DNA of 64,000 nucleotides, taken from an uncultured Chloroflexia bacterium (GTDB taxonomy: Bacteria; Chloroflexota; Limnocylindria; QHBO01). The notes beneath the pieces are model-generated. The model ran no database searches, was not told where the DNA came from, and worked only from the letters and a program-made list of their open reading frames with translations. Positions 47,377-56,162 of the stretch are shown here, in pieces. Both the position numbers and the translations under genes were made by a program. Within the stretch, counting starts at the first letter, position 1, and each line of letters begins with the position of its first letter. The stretch covers positions 451,781 through 515,780 of the forward strand of contig CAVRFT010000006.1 in the NCBI GenBank assembly GCA_963720505.1, read 5' to 3'.

Positions 47377-48564
47377 CTAGCGCGCCGCTGCGGGCGCGCG
47401 GTAAGCGTCAATCAGGATCTTCGCCACTTCCGGCCGGCTGAACTCCTGGGGCGGCATCTCGCCGGACGACAGGAGCTCGCGAACCTTGGTGCCGGAGAGG
47501 ATCAGGTGCTGGTCATCACCGTGCGGGCAGGTCTTGTAGGAGGCCATGCCCTCGCAGGCGTTGCACCAGAAGGTGTGCTCGAAGAAGAGCGGGGTGATGC
47601 CCAGCTCATCGGGCTCGAACTCGTCGAAGATCTTCTGCGCGTCGTAGGTGCCGTAGTAGCTGCCGACGCCGGCATGGTCGCGTCCCACGATGAAGTGGGT
47701 GCAGCCGTAGTTCTTGCGCGCGATGGCGTGGAAGATCGCCTCGCGCGGGCCGCCGTAGCGCATGGCCGCCGGGTATACGCTCAGCAGCGTGCGGTCCGAC
47801 GGGTAGTAGTCGGCCAGCAGCGTCTCGTAGGCGCGCATGCGGACGTCGGCCGGGATGTCATCCGACTTGGTGTCGCCCACCAGCGGATGGATCATCAGGC
47901 CATCGGTGACCTCCAGCGCGACCTTGGTCAGGTACTCATGGGCCCGATGGATGGGGTTGCGCGTCTGGAAGCCGACCACTCGGCGCCAGCCCTTCTCGGC
48001 GAAGATGGCGCGCGTATCGGCCGGCGCGCGGCGATAGGCGGCAAAGGGCGGATCGGCCGGCCCGTTCAGGACGGTGACCTCGCCGCCCAGGTAGACCTCG
48101 CCGGCGGCGTGGATGCGCGCCACACCGGGGTGCGCATCCTCGGTGGTGCGGAAGACCTGCTCCGCCTCGTGCTGTGCGTCATAGGTGTACTTCTCGGCCA
48201 GCGCCAGGATGCCCAGCAGGCGGCCGCTCTCGTCGCGCAGGGCGACTTCGCTGCCGATCTGCAGCGCGTCCGCCTCCTCGCGGCCGATGGCCAGGGTGAT
48301 GGGAATCGACCAGGGCAGGCCGTTGGCCAGGCGCATGCTGTCGACCACCGAGCGGTAGTCGGCCTCACCCATGAAGCCGGTCAGGGGGCTGAAGGCGCCG
48401 TTGCCGATCAGCTCCAGGTCGGAGGCGGCGACGGATCCGATGGTGATGGAAGGAAGGGCGTTGGCGCGCTCGATGGCGCTCTCGCGCTCCGCTCCGGTGG
48501 GGGCGCGGTCGATGAGGACGCCGCCGTGCGGCGTCGAAGTAGCAGATGTCAAGTCAAGCTCCAT
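47377..48564 (-). CDS. sat: sulfate adenylyltransferase (ATP sulfurylase, Sat type)
   Basis: The internal ATG at 48564 of ORF 47377..48609 gives [20 protein letters not shown]. Motifs are [29 protein letters not shown] and [15 protein letters not shown]. Confidence 0.9.
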   Translation of the reverse strand: MELDLTSATSTPHGGVLIDRAPTGAERESAIERANALPSITIGSVAASDLELIGNGAFSPLTGFMGEADYRSVVDSMRLANGLPWSIPITLAIGREEADALQIGSEVALRDESGRLLGILALAEKYTYDAQHEAEQVFRTTEDAHPGVARIHAAGEVYLGGEVTVLNGPADPPFAAYRRAPADTRAIFAEKGWRRVVGFQTRNPIHRAHEYLTKVALEVTDGLMIHPLVGDTKSDDIPADVRMRAYETLLADYYPSDRTLLSVYPAAMRYGGPREAIFHAIARKNYGCTHFIVGRDHAGVGSYYGTYDAQKIFDEFEPDELGITPLFFEHTFWCNACEGMASYKTCPHGDDQHLILSGTKVRELLSSGEMPPQEFSRPEVAKILIDAYRAPAAAR

Positions 48565-48759
48565 GTGGCGCCGACGCGGGCAGGCAGCATTCGGGATGGG
48601 GGGCCGCATCGGGTCGGGTTCCGTATCGTAGCGCCTGAGACCCCCTTCCCGCCACCCAGCACCAAGGTCATGGCCCGTGCAGGGACGATTCGAGTTGCCC
48701 GGCTACAATCCTGCGGCGCCAACACGGTCGGCGCGACGCACACGCACGAGGAGAACCGG

Positions 48760-49767
48760 TTGTCGATCGCGGCTGAACGAGGGAGCAGCATTGGTGACGT
48801 TGTGGAGGCGCTCCGCGCCGCCAAGCGGGTGAGCGCGGTCTGCCACGAGAACCCCGATGCCGACACCATCGGTGCGGCAGTCGCCGTCTGCATCATCGCC
48901 GAGCGGCTGGGCGCCGAGGCCGAGATCGTCAGCGCCGACGGCATCCCACCCATGTTCGCCTTCCTGCCCCATGTGGCGCAGGTGGTGCGCAAGCCGCACC
49001 TGGAGCCGGATCTCGCCGTCTTCTGCGACGCCGCCACGCTGGAGCGAGTCGGCCGTATCGCCACCGAGGAGGCGGACTGGTTCTCGCGGGCAACCGTGCT
49101 GAACATCGACCATCACATCAGCAGCAACTACTTCGGTGACCTCAACCTGGTGGACCCCAAGGCCGCCGCCACGTGCGAGGTCGTGGCACGGGTGGTGGAT
49201 GCGCTGGAGATCGAGCTGGACGAGGAGCTGGCAACGGCCCTCATGGTGGGGATCGTGCGCGACAGCCAGGGCTTCTCCGACATGGCCACGTCGGGCGACA
49301 CGTTGCGCGCCGCGGCGCGCCTGGTCGATGCGGGCGCCCCGTTGGCGCTCATCCATCGCCGGATCCTGTCAGAGCTGCCGTTCGCGACCATCGCCCTGTG
49401 GGGCAAGATGCTGGCCGGCGTGGGGTCCGAGGCAGACGACCGGATCGTGCACACCACGCTCATGTTGTCGATGCTCGACGAGACCGGGACCGAGCAGCAC
49501 GACGCCGACGGGCTGGCCGAGTTTCTGGCCAAGGCAAAGGGCGCCGACGTGACCCTGCTGCTGCGGGAGCTGGGCCCCGACGAGACACGCGTGAGCGTCC
49601 GCACCTCGGATGCCGTCGACGCCACGGCCATCACGTCCCGTTTCGGCGGCGGCGGCCACGTGCGGCGTGGAGGCTGCACAGTCCGCAGCCATGCCACCGA
49701 GGCCCTGAGCCTGGTGCTGGACGCCAGCCGCGCCGCCTTGGACGGGCCACCGGCAGCGGACGGCTGA
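48760..49767 (+). CDS. nrnA: DHH/DHHA1 phosphoesterase, NrnA-type (oligoribonuclease / 3'-phosphoadenosine-5'-phosphate phosphatase)
   Basis: A TTG at 48760 follows GAGGAG; it is in frame with the 3' third of the 806-aa ORF 47347..49767. Motifs are CHENPDADTIGAA, FCDAAT, NIDHHISS, GIVRDSQGF and FGGGGH. The 5' two-thirds of that ORF is antisense to sat and is rejected. Confidence 0.8.
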   Translation: MSIAAERGSSIGDVVEALRAAKRVSAVCHENPDADTIGAAVAVCIIAERLGAEAEIVSADGIPPMFAFLPHVAQVVRKPHLEPDLAVFCDAATLERVGRIATEEADWFSRATVLNIDHHISSNYFGDLNLVDPKAAATCEVVARVVDALEIELDEELATALMVGIVRDSQGFSDMATSGDTLRAAARLVDAGAPLALIHRRILSELPFATIALWGKMLAGVGSEADDRIVHTTLMLSMLDETGTEQHDADGLAEFLAKAKGADVTLLLRELGPDETRVSVRTSDAVDATAITSRFGGGGHVRRGGCTVRSHATEALSLVLDASRAALDGPPAADG

Positions 49768-49792
49768 CCGTTCCGGGCCTGGATCGCCGGCC

Positions 49793-51223
49793 TTGACCGC
49801 AGAGCTCGCGACTCCTTCCGTCGACGCGCAGCCGCTCCCGCACGCCGGAGTGCGCTGGTGGCACGAGGCGCTGATCCTGGGATCGGTCATGGTCACGCTC
49901 CTGCTGCTGGGGCTCTGGCAGCTGGGTGATCTCAGTCTCTGGCGGGACGAGGTGGCGAGCGTCGTCTTCGCCAAGGGCTCGCTGGGGGACCTGCTGACCA
50001 TCATCGGCCGCGACCGCAATGCGGTGGGACTGGCCAACATGGCGACCTACTACCTGCTGCTCCACTTCTGGCTCCTGGTCGGCGAGACCGAGGCCCGCAT
50101 CCGGCTGCTGTCGGTGCTGTTCGGGGTGGCCAGCGTGGTGCCGGTCTACTTCATCGCCCGCCGGCTGGGCGGCTGGCTGGCGGCGGCCCTGGCGGCCGGC
50201 ATCTTCGCCCTGATCCCGTACGTCATCCACTACAGCCAGGAGGCGCGTGGCTACTCGCTGGCGATGCTGATCGGCGGGGCCCTGACCTGGCTGGTGCTGA
50301 TCGGGGTCGAGCGCGGCCGTGGCGCCTGGTGGCCGTGGCTGGCGTATGGGCTGATCGCGGCGCTGGGGCTGTACGTCCACTTCTTCGTGGCGCTGGTGGT
50401 GGCCGCCCACGGGCTGTGGCTGCTGGCCACTCGCCAGGTGCCGGGCTGGCGCGGCATCGCGGCCGGCGGCATCCCCCTGCTGCTGGCGGCCGCGCCGATC
50501 CCGCTGATCATCGTCCAGTTCGGCGGGGAACAGGAGTGGATCCCGCCGCTGACGCTGTCACAGGCAGCCGGCGCGATCACCGATCTGGCGGGAGGGCTGC
50601 CGCTGCTGCTGGCGCTGACCGCACTGGGCGTGGTGGCCGTGGTGGCGCGACCGCGCGACGCCGGCATCTGGCTGATGCTGGCGTGCATCGTCATCCCGAT
50701 CGTGGGGGCGGCGGCGATCTCGCTGGTGAAGCCAATGTTCGTTGGGCGCTACCTGATCATCGTGCTGCCGTTCGTGGCGGTCCTGGCTGCCTGCGCCCTC
50801 GTGGCGCTGCCGCGGCCCTGGATGCGTGGCGCGGCGGCCGTGGCGGTGGCCGGCCTGCTGCTGCTGGCCGTTCCGAGCGCCTATGCCGACACGCACCAGC
50901 AGGACTGGCGAACCGCCGGCCCGTGGATGGCAAGCCGGGTCCAGGCGGGAGATCGAATGATCGCCGGCAATGGCCAGCGGTCGATCAACTACTACCTGCG
51001 GCAGGCAGGCGCGAAGGTCATGCCGCCCAACACGACGGCCGGCGACGCGCTGACCGAGCCTCCCGCCGGCAGGGTCTGGCTGGTGATGACCCAGAGCGCG
51101 GCCAGCAGCTCGTTGCGCGAGCGCCTGGCGGCGGGCTACGACGTGGTCGATGAGCACGAATTCGGCGACCACCTGGCGGTGGTGCTGCTGGAACCGCGCG
51201 ACACCCCGCCTGCGTCTGGCTGA
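49793..51223 (+). CDS. GT39 / ArnT-PMT-like GT-C membrane glycosyltransferase, copy A
   Basis: 476-aa ORF. It has LWRDEVASVVFAKG (DE motif after TM1), IRLLSVLFGVASVVPVYFIARRLGG, HYSQEARGYSLAM, and more than 10 TM segments. Confidence 0.8.
   Translation: MTAELATPSVDAQPLPHAGVRWWHEALILGSVMVTLLLLGLWQLGDLSLWRDEVASVVFAKGSLGDLLTIIGRDRNAVGLANMATYYLLLHFWLLVGETEARIRLLSVLFGVASVVPVYFIARRLGGWLAAALAAGIFALIPYVIHYSQEARGYSLAMLIGGALTWLVLIGVERGRGAWWPWLAYGLIAALGLYVHFFVALVVAAHGLWLLATRQVPGWRGIAAGGIPLLLAAAPIPLIIVQFGGEQEWIPPLTLSQAAGAITDLAGGLPLLLALTALGVVAVVARPRDAGIWLMLACIVIPIVGAAAISLVKPMFVGRYLIIVLPFVAVLAACALVALPRPWMRGAAAVAVAGLLLLAVPSAYADTHQQDWRTAGPWMASRVQAGDRMIAGNGQRSINYYLRQAGAKVMPPNTTAGDALTEPPAGRVWLVMTQSAASSSLRERLAAGYDVVDEHEFGDHLAVVLLEPRDTPPASG
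49958..50529 (+). repeat. 572-bp segment identical to 51411..51982 (inside GT39 copy A)
   Basis: A base-by-base comparison of the two stretches shows no mismatch. Flanks diverge immediately (g vs c at the 5' edge, a vs g at the 3' edge). Confidence 0.95.
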
Positions 51224-51233
51224 CGAAGGACCA

Positions 51234-52703
51234 ATGGAGAGCCAGCGTCCCATGTCCCGCGCCTGGCTGGCCGGGCGGATCAGCGAGGAGCATCGCGCGA
51301 ACCTGCTGAGCTGGCTGCCCTGGCTGGGACTGGTGCTGCCGATGGTGGCCCTGCTGGTGCTTGCGCTGCAGGACCTCGGCAAGCCGAGCCTGTGGCGCGA
51401 TGAAGTCTCCAGCGTCGTCTTCGCCAAGGGCTCGCTGGGGGACCTGCTGACCATCATCGGCCGCGACCGCAATGCGGTGGGACTGGCCAACATGGCGACC
51501 TACTACCTGCTGCTCCACTTCTGGCTCCTGGTCGGCGAGACCGAGGCCCGCATCCGGCTGCTGTCGGTGCTGTTCGGGGTGGCCAGCGTGGTGCCGGTCT
51601 ACTTCATCGCCCGCCGGCTGGGCGGCTGGCTGGCGGCGGCCCTGGCGGCCGGCATCTTCGCCCTGATCCCGTACGTCATCCACTACAGCCAGGAGGCGCG
51701 TGGCTACTCGCTGGCGATGCTGATCGGCGGGGCCCTGACCTGGCTGGTGCTGATCGGGGTCGAGCGCGGCCGTGGCGCCTGGTGGCCGTGGCTGGCGTAT
51801 GGGCTGATCGCGGCGCTGGGGCTGTACGTCCACTTCTTCGTGGCGCTGGTGGTGGCCGCCCACGGGCTGTGGCTGCTGGCCACTCGCCAGGTGCCGGGCT
51901 GGCGCGGCATCGCGGCCGGCGGCATCCCCCTGCTGCTGGCGGCCGCGCCGATCCCGCTGATCATCGTCCAGTTCGGCGGGGAGCACGGTTGGATTCCACC
52001 CTTCAATCTGCCGCGCTTCTATGGCGCCGTCGTCGAGCTGACCGGCAGCCTCTGGCTGCTCATCGGCCTGACCGCCCTGCTGGTGGTCGCCGCCGTGCTG
52101 CGTCGCCGCGATCCCCGTGTCTGGCTGCTGGTCGCCAGCGTCCTGCTGCCGATCGCGGTGGTGGCGGTCGTGTCCCTGTTCAAACCGTTCTTCGTCCCCC
52201 GCTACGTGATCATGGTGCTGCCCATGCTGGCGGTGCTGGCGAGCGTGGCGCTGGTGGCGGTGCGTCCCGTCCTGCTGCGAGCCGTCCTGATCGGGGCACT
52301 GGCGGTAGCGCTGGTGGTTGCGCTGCCGTCCGCCTACTGGAGCGCGACCAACATCAACTGGCGGGGGGCCGGCCGCTGGATGGCCGAGGAGGGGCGGCCG
52401 GGCGATCGGGTGTGGATGCAGTCGTGGTTCGGGTCGCCGCTCCAGTACTACCTCCATCGCGCCGGTCCCACCACCGAGCTCGACAAGGTCAGCTTCGACG
52501 AAGCCCTCTTCGACGCACGGGACCGGGTCTGGCTGGCGGTGACCGGGAAGCGCCAGGGCGAGATCCACGACATCGTGCTGCTCTTCGAGAATCGCTACCA
52601 GGTGGTCGATGCGCGCTCGCTGGGCGGCCGCGGGCGCCTGTTCCTGCTCGAGCCAATCGACGACGGCACGGCCGCTCGTTCGTCGCCGGTCGGGCGGCTT
52701 TGA
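51234..52703 (+). CDS. GT39 / ArnT-PMT-like GT-C membrane glycosyltransferase, copy B
   Basis: The ATG at 51234 (MESQRPMSRAW...) lies within ORF 51150..52703, 11 nt after the copy A stop. It has the same family motifs. The N-terminal ~55 aa and the C-terminal ~240 aa are clearly diverged from copy A. Confidence 0.8.
   Translation: MESQRPMSRAWLAGRISEEHRANLLSWLPWLGLVLPMVALLVLALQDLGKPSLWRDEVSSVVFAKGSLGDLLTIIGRDRNAVGLANMATYYLLLHFWLLVGETEARIRLLSVLFGVASVVPVYFIARRLGGWLAAALAAGIFALIPYVIHYSQEARGYSLAMLIGGALTWLVLIGVERGRGAWWPWLAYGLIAALGLYVHFFVALVVAAHGLWLLATRQVPGWRGIAAGGIPLLLAAAPIPLIIVQFGGEHGWIPPFNLPRFYGAVVELTGSLWLLIGLTALLVVAAVLRRRDPRVWLLVASVLLPIAVVAVVSLFKPFFVPRYVIMVLPMLAVLASVALVAVRPVLLRAVLIGALAVALVVALPSAYWSATNINWRGAGRWMAEEGRPGDRVWMQSWFGSPLQYYLHRAGPTTELDKVSFDEALFDARDRVWLAVTGKRQGEIHDIVLLFENRYQVVDARSLGGRGRLFLLEPIDDGTAARSSPVGRL
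51411..51982 (+). repeat. 572-bp segment identical to 49958..50529 (inside GT39 copy B)
   Basis: See the partner feature. The offset is 1453 bp, as a direct repeat. Confidence 0.95.
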
Positions 52704-52740
52704 TACCATCCCGCGGTTCCAGCCAGCCCGGGAGGATCAG

Positions 52741-54327
52741 GTGAGGCCACCGAGCCACGCCGAGACCGAACTGCGGCGGCACCGAAATCCGAGTGCTCGG
52801 GCGCTGCTCCGATCCCTGCTCCGACCATCACGCTTCGCGGTGGTCGGCATCATCGGCATTGGCGTCAATACCGCCGCCCTTGTCTTCGGCACCGAAGTCA
52901 TGGGCATGCACTACGCGGTGTCGGCGATCGTCGCCTCGCAGGTCTCGACGCTCAGCAACTTCGTCCTGACCGAGCTCTGGGTCTTCCGGGGGCGGGAGGC
53001 ACGCCACCACATCGTGGTGCGCTACCTGACCTTCAACGCCCTGAACGTGGCGACGCTGGTGGTGCGCGTGCCGCTGCTGGTGCTCATCACGGAATGGATC
53101 GGCCTGCACTACCTGGTGTCGAGCCTGATCGCCATCGGCGTGACCTTCGGCATTCGCTACTTCATCGCCGACAACTGGATCTGGGCGGGACGCGACGCGC
53201 GCGATCAGTCGGCGGCTGACGGCTGGTTCCACTACGACATCCACGGCCTGGCCCGGCTGAGCTCGCGGATCGCCCTGCCGGAGCTCGCGGCCTTCAACAC
53301 CCCGCACCCCGTTGAGGCGGACATCGTCATCGCCCGGCGCTTCGGTCTGGGTGGCCTGCCGCGGCTGCGCGTCAGCATCGGCTCCGAGGACGGCGTCATC
53401 CGCTACCGGGAGCAGTTGGGCGCGGCCGGCGTCGCCTTCGACGTCCACCTGGAACCGCACATCCGGATCGAGCCGAACTGGCTGCTGGCCTGGTCGCACC
53501 ATGTCCTGTACACGAACGTGGTGGAGCCGCTCCTCCGCTTCCTGCTGGTCAGCCGCGGGGTGGTGCTGCTGCACTGCGCGTCGGTCGACACCGAGCGGGG
53601 CGCACTGCTCATGTCGGCCCAGACCGATACCGGCAAGACGAGCACCCTGCTGCGACTGCTGATGCATCGGTCATGGGGGTTCATGGGCGATGACATGGCC
53701 ATCGTCCGGCCGGACGGGCAGGTCCTTTCCTATCCGAAGCCGATGACCCTGTCGCTGCACACCATGAGCGCCGTCAACGAGTCGGCACTGCCCTTCGCCG
53801 ATCGGTTCATGCTCGCCATCCGCAGCCGCGTGCATTCCAAGCAGAGTCGAACGATCGGCCATGCGCTGGGCCGCTGGCCGGTGCCCATCGTCACCATCAA
53901 CTCGGTGGTCCAGCTGCTGGTGCCGCCGCCCAAGTACCACGTCACCTCGCTGCTGGACTGCGACCTGGTGGACGAGTCGCCGCTCGATGGCGTGCTGCTG
54001 ATGGAACGCGGACAGCCGGTGATCGAGGACGTGGCGCTCGAGCCGGCGCTGGACGAGCTGCTGGCCAACACGGAGGACGCCTACACCTTCCCGCCGTTCG
54101 GCTGGTTCGCGCCGTACCTCGCCTTCGACGGGCTGGACGTCGATGCCCTGCGCGCTCGCGAGCGCGATCTGCTGCGCTCCGCCGTGGCGCGTGGCTGGCG
54201 GACCCGGCTGCGCGTGGTCGGCCACGAATGGGCGGAGGTGATTCCCACCCTGCTGGACGGTCGGGCGAGCGCGCGTCAGCCGTCGGCCAGTCCCGCACCG
54301 GCCGGCGTGGGTAGCGCCCTCAGCTGA
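52741..54327 (+). CDS. fusion protein: N-terminal GtrA-like 4-TM domain plus a C-terminal P-loop domain resembling HPr-kinase-related kinases
   Basis: A GTG at 52741 lies 6 nt after GGAGG. The GtrA-like part is RFAVVGIIGIGVNTAALVFGTEVMGMHYAVSAIVASQVSTLSNFVLTELWVFRG...IGVTFGIRYFIADNWIWAG. The C-terminal part is VVLLHCASVDTERGALLMSAQTDTGKTSTLLRLLMHRSWGFMGDDMAIVRPDG. This has Walker A AxxxxGKT followed by DD, the HprK-like layout. Confidence 0.7.
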   Translation: MRPPSHAETELRRHRNPSARALLRSLLRPSRFAVVGIIGIGVNTAALVFGTEVMGMHYAVSAIVASQVSTLSNFVLTELWVFRGREARHHIVVRYLTFNALNVATLVVRVPLLVLITEWIGLHYLVSSLIAIGVTFGIRYFIADNWIWAGRDARDQSAADGWFHYDIHGLARLSSRIALPELAAFNTPHPVEADIVIARRFGLGGLPRLRVSIGSEDGVIRYREQLGAAGVAFDVHLEPHIRIEPNWLLAWSHHVLYTNVVEPLLRFLLVSRGVVLLHCASVDTERGALLMSAQTDTGKTSTLLRLLMHRSWGFMGDDMAIVRPDGQVLSYPKPMTLSLHTMSAVNESALPFADRFMLAIRSRVHSKQSRTIGHALGRWPVPIVTINSVVQLLVPPPKYHVTSLLDCDLVDESPLDGVLLMERGQPVIEDVALEPALDELLANTEDAYTFPPFGWFAPYLAFDGLDVDALRARERDLLRSAVARGWRTRLRVVGHEWAEVIPTLLDGRASARQPSASPAPAGVGSALS

Positions 54328-54410
54328 CCGGCCCCGACCGGAGTTTGCCCTGCAGCCTGTACTTCTTACCCATGGCAGCAGAGCGTGAGTCATTCCATGC
54401 TGGCCCGGTC

Positions 54411-56162
54411 ATGACGCGTCGCGCCCGATCCACGCTGCTCCTCGCATTGGCCCTGACGGCCTGGACCGTCGCCCCTGCCGTTCGCCCGGCGCCCGCCGCG
54501 GCGGCCGGCGTGACCCTCTACGTCGACGGCAAGCACGGGAGCGACAGCAACGGCGGACGATCGTGGGGCGACGCCTACAAGACCATCAACTACGCCGCGC
54601 GCCGCGTGCCGAATGGCATGGCCGCGGCCGGCTGGACGGTGGTGGTCCGCGGCTACACCGACTACATCTATCGCGAGCGCCCGGTGCCGGGCAACTACGA
54701 CCGCGCCGGCACGGCCGGCGCGCCGGTCGTCTTCATGGCCGATGGGTGGTCGCCGGCCGGGACCGACTACGTCAAGCCGATCGTGTCGGGCGCCCAGGTC
54801 GCCCCCCACTCGGGCAATTCCTGGACGCCCGATGCCACCAACGGCGTGTGGTCCACGGCGTGGAGCTCTGCCCCGTCCGGTTTTGATCGCTTCAAGCCCT
54901 ATTCGAGCGCCATCTTCCAGAACCGAATTGGCTTCCTGTGGCAGCACGCCAGCCTGGCCGATCTGCGTAACCGGGCTGGCACCGGCGCCGGCGGCTACTG
55001 GTGGGACGATGGCGCGAACCGCCTGTACGTGGCCACCCGCAACGGCGTCGCGCCCGGATCGGTGACGATCGAGGTGCCCACCTACATGGGCTTCTACTTC
55101 ACCGGCGTGGCCGGCTCGCGGTACGTCTCGGTGCGGGGCTTCGTGGTGCAGCACACGTCGATGGGGATCACCTTCCACCAGGGCGCCGACCACAGCTCGG
55201 CCTGGGACAACACGGCAGTCGGCAACACGCCCATGGCCTTCGGCACTTCGGGCCGCGCGACGGCGTCCGGCTTCGATGCCGCAGTGGGCAACGAGTTCCT
55301 GCGCAACAGCGCCGCATACAGCACCCTCCAGGGATTCAAGGTGGACGCCGGCTCGCAGGACACGGTCATCTGCGGCAACACGGTGAGCCACAACGCGCTG
55401 CAGGGGATCAAGGTCCAGGGGCCCAACAACAGCGGCGACCATCGCGCCACCTATGGCACCGAGGTCTGCCGCAACACGTTGGCCTCGCAGAACGTGCAGC
55501 GCCCCGGACCCGAGCGCGCTGACGAGCGTCCCAACGGGCTGACCCTGACCAATGGCGCGCGCGGCACGAACGTGCATGACAACGTGATCCGCGGCAACAC
55601 CATTGGCGTGCAGGTCAACCAGGGCGGCATCGGCTCGCCGATTTCGAACACCGTGTTCAAGCACAACCAGGTGTTCGGCAATACGGGCGCCGGCCTGAAC
55701 CTGCGCGACGGCGTTGCGTCCGCCCACTCCGGCACGGGGCTGATGACCTTCTCGTTCAACCTGTACTGGGACAACCAGTACGGCATCCGGGTCAACGAGG
55801 GCAGCACCAACAAGGTGTTCCGCCACGAGACCGTCTACGCCAACCGGACCGCCGGCATCTTCATCGGCTGCGATTGCCCGTCGTCCCGGGCCGAGGTGGA
55901 CCTGCAGGAGAGCCTGGTCTCGCACAACGGCGGGTACGGCATCCGCATCGCGCCCGGCCAGACGGTGCGCCTGAAGTACGTGGGCGTCCCGTCGAACAAG
56001 AGTGGCGGCGTGCTGGGACCGGCCACCAAGTACCGGATGAACAGCAGGCCGGCGGGTTACCTCTCCCGCACCCCCGGCAGCAGCCAGTTCGTGCGGATCG
56101 CCTCCGTTTCGTACCAGTACACCGCCGGCCCGAGCGCCAGCCCCATCGGCGCGCGTTACTGA
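54411..56162 (+). CDS. secreted right-handed parallel beta-helix repeat protein (pectate-lyase fold)
   Basis: The ATG at 54411 gives MTRRARSTLLLALALTAWTVAPAVRPAPAAAAG (signal). This is followed by LYVDGKHGSDSNGGRSWGDAYKTINYAARRV. PbH1-type repeats follow (HNALQGIKVQG, GNTIGVQVNQG, GNTGAGLNLRDG, DNQYGIRVNEG, NRTAGIFIG, HNGGYGIRIAPG). Confidence 0.8.
   Translation: MTRRARSTLLLALALTAWTVAPAVRPAPAAAAGVTLYVDGKHGSDSNGGRSWGDAYKTINYAARRVPNGMAAAGWTVVVRGYTDYIYRERPVPGNYDRAGTAGAPVVFMADGWSPAGTDYVKPIVSGAQVAPHSGNSWTPDATNGVWSTAWSSAPSGFDRFKPYSSAIFQNRIGFLWQHASLADLRNRAGTGAGGYWWDDGANRLYVATRNGVAPGSVTIEVPTYMGFYFTGVAGSRYVSVRGFVVQHTSMGITFHQGADHSSAWDNTAVGNTPMAFGTSGRATASGFDAAVGNEFLRNSAAYSTLQGFKVDAGSQDTVICGNTVSHNALQGIKVQGPNNSGDHRATYGTEVCRNTLASQNVQRPGPERADERPNGLTLTNGARGTNVHDNVIRGNTIGVQVNQGGIGSPISNTVFKHNQVFGNTGAGLNLRDGVASAHSGTGLMTFSFNLYWDNQYGIRVNEGSTNKVFRHETVYANRTAGIFIGCDCPSSRAEVDLQESLVSHNGGYGIRIAPGQTVRLKYVGVPSNKSGGVLGPATKYRMNSRPAGYLSRTPGSSQFVRIASVSYQYTAGPSASPIGARY

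Noticed and set aside
47347-48759. 5' two-thirds of the 806-aa plus-strand ORF 47347..49767
   Set aside because: This part is antisense to the well-supported sat gene and is low-complexity (Ala/Gly/Val/Arg). Only the 3' third, from TTG 48760 with DHH/DHHA1 motifs and an RBS, is coding.
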